From the human T2T-CHM13v2.0 reference genome, Homo sapiens, in assembly GCF_009914755.1 (NCBI RefSeq), contig NC_060940.1: a DNA stretch of 64,000 nucleotides, one strand, 5' to 3'. Shown piece by piece: positions 1 through 12,300 of this stretch. The notes below the pieces were generated by a model, which worked only from the letters and a program-made list of their open reading frames with translations, ran no database searches and was not told the origin of the DNA. The stretch's first letter is position 1, and every line of letters starts with the position of its first letter. The translations under genes and the position numbers were made by a program.

Positions 1-268
1 GTGCGTTCAACTCACAGAGTTTAACTTTTCTTTTCATTCAGCAGTTTGGAAACACTCTGTTTGTAAAGTCTGCAAGTGGATATCTTGGCCTCTTAGAGGC
101 CTTCGTTGTAAACGGGTTTTTTCATGTAAGGTTAGACAGAGGAATTCCCAGTAACTTCCTTGTGTTGTGTGCATTCAACTCACAGAGTTGAATGATTCTT
201 TACACAGAGCAGATTTGAGACACTCTTTTGGTGGAATTTGTAAGTGGAGAATTCAGCCGCTTTGAGGT

Positions 269-285
269 CAACGGTAGAAAAGGAA
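269..285 (-). promoter_or_regulatory. A-box / pJalpha-like motif of A-type monomers (representative)
   Basis: CAACGGTAGAAAAGGAA sits at the position equivalent to the CENP-B box in alternate monomers. It resembles the reverse complement of the pJalpha motif TTCCTTTTYCACCRTAG, but the match is imperfect. Confidence 0.6.
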
Positions 286-439
286 ATATCTTCGTATAAA
301 AACTAGACAGAATGATTCTCAGAAACTGTTTTGTGATGTGTGCGTTCAACTCACAGTGTTTAACCTTTCTTTTCAAAGAGCAGTTAGGAAACACTCTGTT
401 TGTAAAGTCTGCAAGTGGATATTCAGACCTCTTTGAGGC

Positions 440-456
440 CTTCGTTGGAAACGGGA
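440..456 (+). promoter_or_regulatory. CENP-B box (representative; about 189 box positions in the window, one per dimer)
   Basis: CTTCGTTGGAAACGGGA matches the established 17-bp consensus NTTCGNNNNANNCGGGN. The count assumes 33 ten-mer units x5 plus 6 eight-mer units x4. Confidence 0.96.
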
Positions 457-1692
457 TTTCTTCATATTATGCTAGACAGATGAATTCTCAGTAACTTCCT
501 TGTGTTGTGTGTATTCAACTCACAGAGTTGAACGATCCTTTACACAGAGCAGATTTGAAACACTGTTTTTCTGGAATTTGCAAGTGGAGATTTCAGCCGC
601 TTTGAGGTCAATGGTAGAAAAGGAAATATCTTCGTATAAAAACTAGACAGAATGATTCTCAGAAACTCCTTTGTGATGTGTGCGTTCAACTCACAGAGTT
701 TAACCTTTCTTTTCACAGAGCAGTTAGGAAACACTCTGTTTGTGAAGCCTGCCAGTGGATATTCGGACCTCTTTGAGGCCTTCGTTGGAAACGGGATTTC
801 TTCATATTATGCTAGACAGAAGATTTCTCAGTAACTTCTTTGTGTTGTGTGTATGCAACTCACAGAGTTCAACCTTCCTTTAGACAGAGCAGATTTGAAA
901 CACTCTTTTTGTGGAATTTGCAAGTGGAGATTTCAAGCGCTTCGATGCCAATGGTAGAAAAGGAAATATCTTCGTATAAAAACAAGACAAACTCGTTCCC
1001 AGACACTGCGTAGTGATGTGTGTGTTTAACTCACAGAGTTTAACCTTTCTTTTCATACAGCATTCTGGAAACCCTGTGTTTGTAAAGTCTGCAAGTGGAT
1101 ATTTGGACCTCTTAGATGCCTTCGTTGGAAACGGGATTTCTTCATATAATGCTAGAGGGAAGAATTCTTAGTAACTTCTTTGTGTTGTGTGTATTCAACT
1201 GACAGAGTTGAACCTTCCTTTAGACAGAGCAGATTTGAAAGTCTCTTTTTGTGGAATTTGCAAGTGGAGATTTCAAGCGCTTTGAGGCCAAAAGCAGAAA
1301 AGGAAATATTTTCCTATAAAAACTCGACAGAATCTTTCTCAGAAACTGCTCTGGGATGTGTGCGTTCAACTCACAGAGTTTAACTTTTCTTTTCATTCAG
1401 CAGTTTGGAAACACTCTGTTTGGAAAGTCTGCACGTGGATATTTTGACCTCTTTGAGGCCTTCGTTGGAAACGGGTTTTTTTCATGTAAGGCTAGACAGA
1501 AGAAATCTCAGTAACTTCCTTGTGTTGTGTGTATTCAACTGACAGAGTTGAACCTTCCTTTAGACAGAGCAGATTCGAAACACTCTTTTTCTGCAATTTG
1601 CAAGTGGAGACTTCAAGCGCTTTGAGGCCAAAGGCAGAAAAGGAAATATCTTCGTATAAAAACCCGACAGAATCATTCTCAGAAACTGCTCT

Positions 1693-3391
1693 GTGATGTG
1701 TGCGTTCAACTCACAGAGTTTAACTTTTCTTTTCATTCAGCAGTTTGGAAACACTCTGTTTGTAAAGTCTGCAAGTGGATATCTTGGCCTCTTAGAGGCC
1801 TTCGTTGGAAACGGGTTTTTTCATGTAAGGTTAGACAGAGGAATTCCCAGTAACTTCCTTGTGTTGTGTGCATTCAACTCACAGAGTTGAATGATTCTTT
1901 ACACAGAGCAGATTTGAGACACTCTTTTGGTGGAATTTGTAAGTGGAGAATTCAGCCGCTTTGAGGTCAACGGTAGAAAAGGAAATATCTTCGTATAAAA
2001 ACTAGACAGAATGATTCTCAGAAACTGTTTTGTGATGTGTGCGTTCAACTCACAGAGTTTAACCTTTCTTTTCAAAGAGCAGTTAGGAAACACTCTGTTT
2101 GTAAAGTCTGCAAGTGGATATTCAGACCTCTTTGAGGCCTTCGTTGGAAACGGGATTTCTTCATATTATGCTAGACAGATGAATTCTCAGTAACTTCCTT
2201 GTGTTGTGTGTATTCAACTCACAGAGTTGAACGATCCTTTACACAGAGCAGATTTGAAACACTGTTTTTCTGGAATTTGCAAGTGGAGATTTCAGCCGCT
2301 TTGAGGTCAATGGTAGAAAAGGAAATATCTTCGTATAAAAACTAGACAGAATGATTCTCAGAAACTCCTTTGTGATGTGTGCGTTCAACTCACAGAGTTT
2401 AACCTTTCTTTTCACAGAGCAGTTAGGAAACACTCTGTTTGTGAAGCCTGCCAGTGGATATTCGGACCTCTTTGAGGCCTTCGTTGGAAACGGGATTTCT
2501 TCATATTATGCTAGACAGAAGATTTCTCAGTAACTTCTTTGTGTTGTGTGTATGCAACTCACAGAGTTCAACCTTCCTTTAGACAGAGCAGATTTGAAAC
2601 ACTCTTTTTGTGGAATTTGCAAGTGGAGATTTCAAGCGCTTCGATGCCAATGGTAGAAAAGGAAATATCTTCGTAGAAAAACAAGACAAACTCGTTCCCA
2701 GACACTGCGTAGTGATGTGTGTGTTTAACTCACAGAGTTTAACCTTTCTTTTCATACAGCATTCTGGAAACCCTGTGTTTGTAAAGTCTGCAAGTGGATA
2801 TTTGGACCTCTTAGATGCCTTCGTTGGAAACGGGATTTCTTCATATAATGCTAGAGGGAAGAATTCTTAGTAACTTCTTTGTGTTGTGTGTATTCAACTG
2901 ACAGAGTTGAACCTTCCTTTAGACAGAGCAGATTTGAAAGTCTCTTTTTGTGGAATTTGCAAGTGGAGATTTCAAGCGCTTTGAGGCCAAAAGCAGAAAA
3001 GGAAATATTTTCCTATAAAAACTCGACAGAATCTTTCTCAGAAACTGCTCTGGGATGTGTGCGTTCAACTCACAGAGTTTAACTTTTCTTTTCATTCAGC
3101 AGTTTGGAAACACTCTGTTTGGAAAGTCTGCACGTGGATATTTTGACCTCTTTGAGGCCTTCGTTGGAAACGGGTTTTTTTCATGTAAGGCTAGACAGAA
3201 GAAATCTCAGTAACTTCCTTGTGTTGTGTGTATTCAACTGACAGAGTTGAACCTTCCTTTAGACAGAGCAGATTCGAAACACTCTTTTTCTGCAATTTGC
3301 AAGTGGAGACTTCAAGCGCTTTGAGGCCAAAGGCAGAAAAGGAAATATCTTCGTATAAAAACCCGACAGAATCATTCTCAGAAACTGCTCT
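1693..3391 (+). repeat. Representative canonical 10-mer HOR unit (5 dimers: 339+340+340+340+340 bp)
   Basis: In the first unit, CENP-B boxes start at 101, 440, 780, 1120 and 1460, and the next at 1800. The spacings sum to 1699, matching the ORF period. The unit start is an arbitrary phase. Confidence 0.97.
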
Positions 3392-6300
3392 GTGATGTGT
3401 GCGTTCAACTCACAGAGTTTAACTTTTCTTTTCATTCAGCAGTTTGGAAACACTCTGTTTGTAAAGTCTGCAAGTGGATATCTTGGCCTCTTAGAGGCCT
3501 TCGTTGGAAACGGGTTTTTTCATGTAAGGTTAGACAGAGGAATTCCCAGTAACTTCCTTGTGTTGTGTGCATTCAACTCACAGAGTTGAATGATTCTTTA
3601 CACAGAGCAGATTTGAGACACTCTTTTGGTGGAATTTGTAAGTGGAGAATTCAGCCGCTTTGAGGTCAACGGTAGAAAAGGAAATATCTTCGTATAAAAA
3701 CTAGACAGAATGATTCTCAGAAACTGTTTTGTGATGTGTGCGTTCAACTCACAGAGTTTAACCTTTCTTTTCAAAGAGCAGTTAGGAAACACTCTGTTTG
3801 TAAAGTCTGCAAGTGGATATTCAGACCTCTTTGAGGCCTTCGTTGGAAACGGGATTTCTTCATATTATGCTAGACAGATGAATTCTCAGTAACTTCCTTG
3901 TGTTGTGTGTATTCAACTCACAGAGTTGAACGATCCTTTACACAGAGCAGATTTGAAACACTGTTTTTCTGGAATTTGCAAGTGGAGATTTCAGCCGCTT
4001 TGAGGTCAATGGTAGAAAAGGAAATATCTTCGTATAAAAACTAGACAGAATGATTCTCAGAAACTCCTTTGTGATGTGTGCGTTCAACTCACAGAGTTTA
4101 ACCTTTCTTTTCACAGAGCAGTTAGGAAACACTCTGTTTGTGAAGCCTGCCAGTGGATATTCGGACCTCTTTGAGGCCTTCGTTGGAAACGGGATTTCTT
4201 CATATTATGCTAGACAGAAGATTTCTCAGTAACTTCTTTGTGTTGTGTGTATGCAACTCACAGAGTTCAACCTTCCTTTAGACAGAGCAGATTTGAAACA
4301 CTCTTTTTGTGGAATTTGCAAGTGGAGATTTCAAGCGCTTCGATGCCAATGGTAGAAAAGGAAATATCTTCGTAGAAAAACAAGACAAACTCGTTCCCAG
4401 ACACTGCGTAGTGATGTGTGTGTTTAACTCACAGAGTTTAACCTTTCTTTTCATACAGCATTCTGGAAACCCTCTGTTTGTAAAGTCTGCAAGTGGATAT
4501 TTGGACCTCTTAGATGCCTTCGTTGGAAACGGGATTTCTTCATATAATGCTAGAGGGAAGAATTCTTAGTAACTTCTTTGTGTTGTGTGTATTCAACTGA
4601 CAGAGTTGAACCTTCCTTTAGACAGAGCAGATTTGAAAGTCTCTTTTTGTGGAATTTGCAAGTGGAGATTTCAAGCGCTTTGAGGCCAAAAGCAGAAAAG
4701 GAAATATTTTCCTATAAAAACTCGACAGAATCTTTCTCAGAAACTGCTCTGGGATGTGTGCGTTCAACTCACAGAGTTTAACTTTTCTTTTCATTCAGCA
4801 GTTTGGAAACACTCTGTTTGGAAAGTCTGCACGTGGATATTTTGACCTCTTTGAGGCCTTCGTTGGAAACGGGTTTTTTTCATGTAAGGCTAGACAGAAG
4901 AAATCTCAGTAACTTCCTTGTGTTGTGTGTATTCAACTGACAGAGTTGAACCTTCCTTTAGACAGAGCAGATTCGAAACACTCTTTTTCTGCAATTTGCA
5001 AGTGGAGACTTCAAGCGCTTTGAGGCCAAAGGCAGAAAAGGAAATATCTTCGTATAAAAACCCGACAGAATCATTCTCAGAAACTGCTCTGTGATGTGTG
5101 CGTTCAACTCACAGAGTTTAACTTTTCTTTTCATTCAGCAGTTTGGAAACACTCTGTTTGTAAAGTCTGCAAGTGGATATCTTGGCCTCTTAGAGGCCTT
5201 CGTTGGAAACGGGTTTTTTCATGTAAGGTTAGACAGAGGAATTCCCAGTAACTTCCTTGTGTTGTGTGCATTCAACTCACAGAGTTGAATGATTCTTTAC
5301 ACAGAGCAGATTTGAGACACTCTTTTGGTGGAATTTGTAAGTGGAGAATTCAGCCGCTTTGAGGTCAACGGTAGAAAAGGAAATATCTTCGTATAAAAAC
5401 TAGACAGAATGATTCTCAGAAACTGTTTTGTGATGTGTGCGTTCAACTCACAGAGTTTAACCTTTCTTTTCAAAGAGCAGTTAGGAAACACTCTGTTTGT
5501 AAAGTCTGCAAGTGGATATTCAGACCTCTTTGAGGCCTTCGTTGGAAACGGGATTTCTTCATATTATGCTAGACAGATGAATTCTCAGTAACTTCCTTGT
5601 GTTGTGTGTATTCAACTCACAGAGTTGAACGATCCTTTACACAGAGCAGATTTGAAACACTGTTTTTCTGGAATTTGCAAGTGGAGATTTCAGCCGCTTT
5701 GAGGTCAATGGTAGAAAAGGAAATATCTTCGTATAAAAACTAGACAGAATGATTCTCAGAAACTCCTTTGTGATGTGTGCGTTCAACTCACAGAGTTTAA
5801 CCTTTCTTTTCACAGAGCAGTTAGGAAACACTCTGTTTGTGAAGCCTGCCAGTGGATATTCGGACCTCTTTGAGGCCTTCGTTGGAAACGGGATTTCTTC
5901 ATATTATGCTAGACAGAAGATTTCTCAGTAACTTCTTTGTGTTGTGTGTATGCAACTCACAGAGTTCAACCTTCCTTTAGACAGAGCAGATTTGAAACAC
6001 TCTTTTTGTGGAATTTGCAAGTGGAGATTTCAAGCGCTTCGATGCCAATGGTAGAAAAGGAAATATCTTCGTAGAAAAACAAGACAAACTCGTTCCCAGA
6101 CACTGCGTAGTGATGTGTGTGTTTAACTCACAGAGTTTAACCTTTCTTTTCATACAGCATTCTGGAAACCCTCTGTTTGTAAAGTCTGCAAGTGGATATT
6201 TGGACCTCTTAGATGCCTTCGTTGGAAACGGGATTTCTTCATATAATGCTAGAGGGAAGAATTCTTAGTAACTTCTTTGTGTTGTGTGTATTCAACTGAC

Positions 6301-9300
6301 AGAGTTGAACCTTCCTTTAGACAGAGCAGATTTGAAAGTCTCTTTTTGTGGAATTTGCAAGTGGAGATTTCAAGCGCTTTGAGGCCAAAAGCAGAAAAGG
6401 AAATATTTTCCTATAAAAACTCGACAGAATCTTTCTCAGAAACTGCTCTGGGATGTGTGCGTTCAACTCACAGAGTTTAACTTTTCTTTTCATTCAGCAG
6501 TTTGGAAACACTCTGTTTGGAAAGTCTGCACGTGGATATTTTGACCTCTTTGAGGCCTTCGTTGGAAACGGGTTTTTTTCATGTAAGGCTAGACAGAAGA
6601 AATCTCAGTAACTTCCTTGTGTTGTGTGTATTCAACTGACAGAGTTGAACCTTCCTTTAGACAGAGCAGATTCGAAACACTCTTTTTCTGCAATTTGCAA
6701 GTGGAGACTTCAAGCGCTTTGAGGCCAAAGGCAGAAAAGGAAATATCTTCGTATAAAAACCCGACAGAATCATTCTCAGAAACTGCTCTGTGATGTGTGC
6801 GTTCAACTCACAGAGTTTAACTTTTCTTTTCATTCAGCAGTTTGGAAACACTCTGTTTGTAAAGTCTGCAAGTGGATATCTTGGCCTCTTAGAGGCCTTC
6901 GTTGGAAACGGGTTTTTTCATGTAAGGTTAGACAGAGGAATTCCCAGTAACTTCCTTGTGTTGTGTGCATTCAACTCACAGAGTTGAATGATTCTTTACA
7001 CAGAGCAGATTTGAGACACTCTTTTGGTGGAATTTGTAAGTGGAGAATTCAGCCGCTTTGAGGTCAACGGTAGAAAAGGAAATATCTTCGTATAAAAACT
7101 AGACAGAATGATTCTCAGAAACTGTTTTGTGATGTGTGCGTTCAACTCACAGAGTTTAACCTTTCTTTTCAAAGAGCAGTTAGGAAACACTCTGTTTGTA
7201 AAGTCTGCAAGTGGATATTCAGACCTCTTTGAGGCCTTCGTTGGAAACGGGATTTCTTCATATTATGCTAGACAGATGAATTCTCAGTAACTTCCTTGTG
7301 TTGTGTGTATTCAACTCACAGAGTTGAACGATCCTTTACACAGAGCAGATTTGAAACACTGTTTTTCTGGAATTTGCAAGTGGAGATTTCAGCCGCTTTG
7401 AGGTCAATGGTAGAAAAGGAAATATCTTCGTATAAAAACTAGACAGAATGATTCTCAGAAACTCCTTTGTGATGTGTGCGTTCAACTCACAGAGTTTAAC
7501 CTTTCTTTTCACAGAGCAGTTAGGAAACACTCTGTTTGTGAAGCCTGCCAGTGGATATTCGGACCTCTTTGAGGCCTTCGTTGGAAACGGGATTTCTTCA
7601 TATTATGCTAGACAGAAGATTTCTCAGTAACTTCTTTGTGTTGTGTGTATGCAACTCACAGAGTTCAACCTTCCTTTAGACAGAGCAGATTTGAAACACT
7701 CTTTTTGTGGAATTTGCAAGTGGAGATTTCAAGCGCTTCGATGCCAATGGTAGAAAAGGAAATATCTTCGTAGAAAAACAAGACAAACTCGTTCCCAGAC
7801 ACTGCGTAGTGATGTGTGTGTTTAACTCACAGAGTTTAACCTTTCTTTTCATACAGCATTCTGGAAACCCTGTGTTTGTAAAGTCTGCAAGTGGATATTT
7901 GGACCTCTTAGATGCCTTCGTTGGAAACGGGATTTCTTCATATAATGCTAGAGGGAAGAATTCTTAGTAACTTCTTTGTGTTGTGTGTATTCAACTGACA
8001 GAGTTGAACCTTCCTTTAGACAGAGCAGATTTGAAAGTCTCTTTTTGTGGAATTTGCAAGTGGAGATTTCAAGCGCTTTGAGGCCAAAAGCAGAAAAGGA
8101 AATATTTTCCTATAAAAACTCGACAGAATCTTTCTCAGAAACTGCTCTGGGATGTGTGCGTTCAACTCACAGAGTTTAACTTTTCTTTTCATTCAGCAGT
8201 TTGGAAACACTCTGTTTGGAAAGTCTGCACGTGGATATTTTGACCTCTTTGAGGCCTTCGTTGGAAACGGGTTTTTTTCATGTAAGGCTAGACAGAAGAA
8301 ATCTCAGTAACTTCCTTGTGTTGTGTGTATTCAACTGACAGAGTTGAACCTTCCTTTAGACAGAGCAGATTCGAAACACTCTTTTTCTGCAATTTGCAAG
8401 TGGAGACTTCAAGCGCTTTGAGGCCAAAGGCAGAAAAGGAAATATCTTCGTATAAAAACCCGACAGAATCATTCTCAGAAACTGCTCTGTGATGTGTGCG
8501 TTCAACTCACAGAGTTTAACTTTTCTTTTCATTCAGCAGTTTGGAAACACTCTGTTTGTAAAGTCTGCAAGTGGATATCTTGGCCTCTTAGAGGCCTTCG
8601 TTGGAAACGGGTTTTTTCATGTAAGGTTAGACAGAGGAATTCCCAGTAACTTCCTTGTGTTGTGTGCATTCAACTCACAGAGTTGAATGATTCTTTACAC
8701 AGAGCAGATTTGAGACACTCTTTTGGTGGAATTTGTAAGTGGAGAATTCAGCCGCTTTGAGGTCAACGGTAGAAAAGGAAATATCTTCGTATAAAAACTA
8801 GACAGAATGATTCTCAGAAACTGTTTTGTGATGTGTGCGTTCAACTCACAGAGTTTAACCTTTCTTTTCAAAGAGCAGTTAGGAAACACTCTGTTTGTAA
8901 AGTCTGCAAGTGGATATTCAGACCTCTTTGAGGCCTTCGTTGGAAACGGGATTTCTTCATATTATGCTAGACAGATGAATTCTCAGTAACTTCCTTGTGT
9001 TGTGTGTATTCAACTCACAGAGTTGAACGATCCTTTACACAGAGCAGATTTGAAACACTGTTTTTCTGGAATTTGCAAGTGGAGATTTCAGCCGCTTTGA
9101 GGTCAATGGTAGAAAAGGAAATATCTTCGTATAAAAACTAGACAGAATGATTCTCAGAAACTCCTTTGTGATGTGTGCGTTCAACTCACAGAGTTTAACC
9201 TTTCTTTTCACAGAGCAGTTAGGAAACACTCTGTTTGTGAAGCCTGCCAGTGGATATTCGGACCTCTTTGAGGCCTTCGTTGGAAACGGGATTTCTTCAT

Positions 9301-12300
9301 ATTATGCTAGACAGAAGATTTCTCAGTAACTTCTTTGTGTTGTGTGTATGCAACTCACAGAGTTCAACCTTCCTTTAGACAGAGCAGATTTGAAACACTC
9401 TTTTTGTGGAATTTGCAAGTGGAGATTTCAAGCGCTTCGATGCCAATGGTAGAAAAGGAAATATCTTCGTAGAAAAACAAGACAAACTCGTTCCCAGACA
9501 CTGCGTAGTGATGTGTGTGTTTAACTCACAGAGTTTAACCTTTCTTTTCATACAGCATTCTGGAAACCCTCTGTTTGTAAAGTCTGCAAGTGGATATTTG
9601 GACCTCTTAGATGCCTTCGTTGGAAACGGGATTTCTTCATATAATGCTAGAGGGAAGAATTCTTAGTAACTTCTTTGTGTTGTGTGTATTCAACTGACAG
9701 AGTTGAACCTTCCTTTAGACAGAGCAGATTTGAAAGTCTCTTTTTGTGGAATTTGCAAGTGGAGATTTCAAGCGCTTTGAGGCCAAAAGCAGAAAAGGAA
9801 ATATTTTCCTATAAAAACTCGACAGAATCTTTCTCAGAAACTGCTCTGGGATGTGTGCGTTCAACTCACAGAGTTTAACTTTTCTTTTCATTCAGCAGTT
9901 TGGAAACACTCTGTTTGGAAAGTCTGCACGTGGATATTTTGACCTCTTTGAGGCCTTCGTTGGAAACGGGTTTTTTTCATGTAAGGCTAGACAGAAGAAA
10001 TCTCAGTAACTTCCTTGTGTTGTGTGTATTCAACTGACAGAGTTGAACCTTCCTTTAGACAGAGCAGATTCGAAACACTCTTTTTCTGCAATTTGCAAGT
10101 GGAGACTTCAAGCGCTTTGAGGCCAAAGGCAGAAAAGGAAATATCTTCGTATAAAAACCCAACAGAATCATTCTCAGAAACTGCTCTGTGATGTGTGCGT
10201 TCAACTCACAGAGTTTAACTTTTCTTTTCATTCAGCAGTTTGGAAACACTCTGTTTGTAAAGTCTGCAAGTGGATATCTTGGCCTCTTAGAGGCCTTCGT
10301 TGGAAGCGGGTTTTTTCATGTAAGGATAGACAGAGGAATTCCCAGTAACTTCCTTGTGTTGTGTGCATTCAACTCACAGAGTTGAATGATTCTTTACACA
10401 GAGCAGATTTGAGACACTCTTTTGGTGGAATTTGTAAGTGGAGAATTCAGCCGCTTTGAGGTCAACGGTAGAAAAGCAAATATCTTCGTATAAAAACTAG
10501 ACAGAATGATTCTCAGAAACTGTTTTGTGATGTGTGCGTTCAACTCACAGAGTTTAACCTTTCTTTTCAAAGAGCAGTTAGGAAACACTCTGTTTGTAAA
10601 GTCTGCAAGTGGATATTCAGACCTCTTTGAGGCCTTCGTTGGAAACGGGATTTCTTCATATTATGCTAGACAGATGAATTCTCAGTAACTTCCTTGTGTT
10701 GTGTGTATTCAACTCACAGAGTTGAACGATCCTTTACACAGAGCAGATTTGAAACACTGTTTTTCTGGAATTTGCAAGTGGAGATTTCAGCCGCTTTGAG
10801 GTCAATGGTAGAAAAGGAAATATCTTCGTATAAAAACTAGACAGAATGATTCTCAGAAACTCCTTTGTGATGTGTGCGTTCAACTCACAGAGTTTAACCT
10901 TTCTTTTCACAGAGCAGTTAGGAAACACTCTGTTTGTGAAGCCTGCCAGTGGATATTCGGACCTCTTTGAGGCCTTCGTTGGAAACGGGATTTCTTCATA
11001 TTATGCTAGACAGAAGATTTCTCAGTAACTTCTTTGTGTTGTGTGTATGCAACTCACAGAGTTCAACCTTCCTTTAGACAGAGCAGATTTGAAACACTCT
11101 TTTTGTGGAATTTGCAAGTGGAGATTTCAAGCGCTTCGATGCCAATGGTAGAAAAGGAAATATCTTCGTAGAAAAACAAGACAAACTCGTTCCCAGACAC
11201 TGCGTAGTGATGTGTGTGTTTAACTCACAGAGTTTAACCTTTCTTTTCATACAGCATTCTGGAAACCCTGTGTTTGTAAAGTCTGCAAGTGGATATTTGG
11301 ACCTCTTAGATGCCTTCGTTGGAAACGGGATTTCTTCATATAATGCTAGAGGGAAGAATTCTTAGTAACTTCTTTGTGTTGTGTGTATTCAACTGACAGA
11401 GTTGAACCTTCCTTTAGACAGAGCAGATTTGAAAGTCTCTTTCTGTGGAATTTGCAAGTGGAGATTTCAAGCGCTTTGAGGCCAAAAGCAGAAAAGGAAG
11501 TATTTTCCTATAAAAACTCGACAGAATCTTTCTCAGAAACTGCTCTGGGATGTGTGCGTTCAACTCACAGAGTTTAACTTTTCTTTTCATTCAGCAGTTT
11601 GGAAACACTCTGTTTGGAAAGTCTGCACGTGGATATTTTGACCTCTTTGAGGCCTTCGTTGGAAACGGGTTTTTTTCATGTAAGGCTAGACAGAAGAAAT
11701 CTCAGTAACTTCCTTGTGTTGTGTGTATTCAACTGACAGAGTTGAACCTTCCTTTAGACAGAGCAGATTCGAAACACTCTTTTTCTGCAATTTGCAAGTG
11801 GAGACTTCAAGCGCTTTGAGGCCAAAGGCAGAAAAGGAAATATCTTCGTATAAAAACCCGACAGAATCATTCTCAGAAACTGCTCTGTGATGTGTGCGTT
11901 CAACTCACAGAGTTTAACTTTTCTTTTCATTCAGCAGTTTGGAAACACTCTGTTTGTAAAGTCTGCAAGTGGATATCTTGGCCTCTTAGAGGCCTTCGTT
12001 GGAAACGGGTTTTTTCATGTAAGGATAGACAGAGGAATTCCCAGTAACTTCCTTGTGTTGTGTGCATTCAACTCACAGAGTTGAATGATTCTTTACACAG
12101 AGCAGATTTGAGACACTCTTTTGGTGGAATTTGTAAGTGGAGAATTCAGCCGCTTTGAGGTCAACGGTAGAAAAGGAAATATCTTCGTATAAAAACTAGA
12201 CAGAATGATTCTCAGAAACTGTTTTGTGATGTGTGCGTTCAACTCACAGAGTTTAACCTTTCTTTTCAAAGAGCAGTTAGGAAACACTCTGTTTGTAAAG

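Noticed and set aside
101-117. CENP-B box variant CTTCGTTGTAAACGGGT as a loss-of-function site
   Set aside because: The change is at non-core position 9 and all nine consensus bases are intact. The same applies to the variants at 10306, 33060, 42920 and 44619.
1474-1482. T-tracts and TATAAAAA motifs as terminators or TATA boxes
   Set aside because: These are ordinary alphoid monomer sequence. Alpha-satellite can be transcribed, but no promoter or transcript can be defined from sequence alone.
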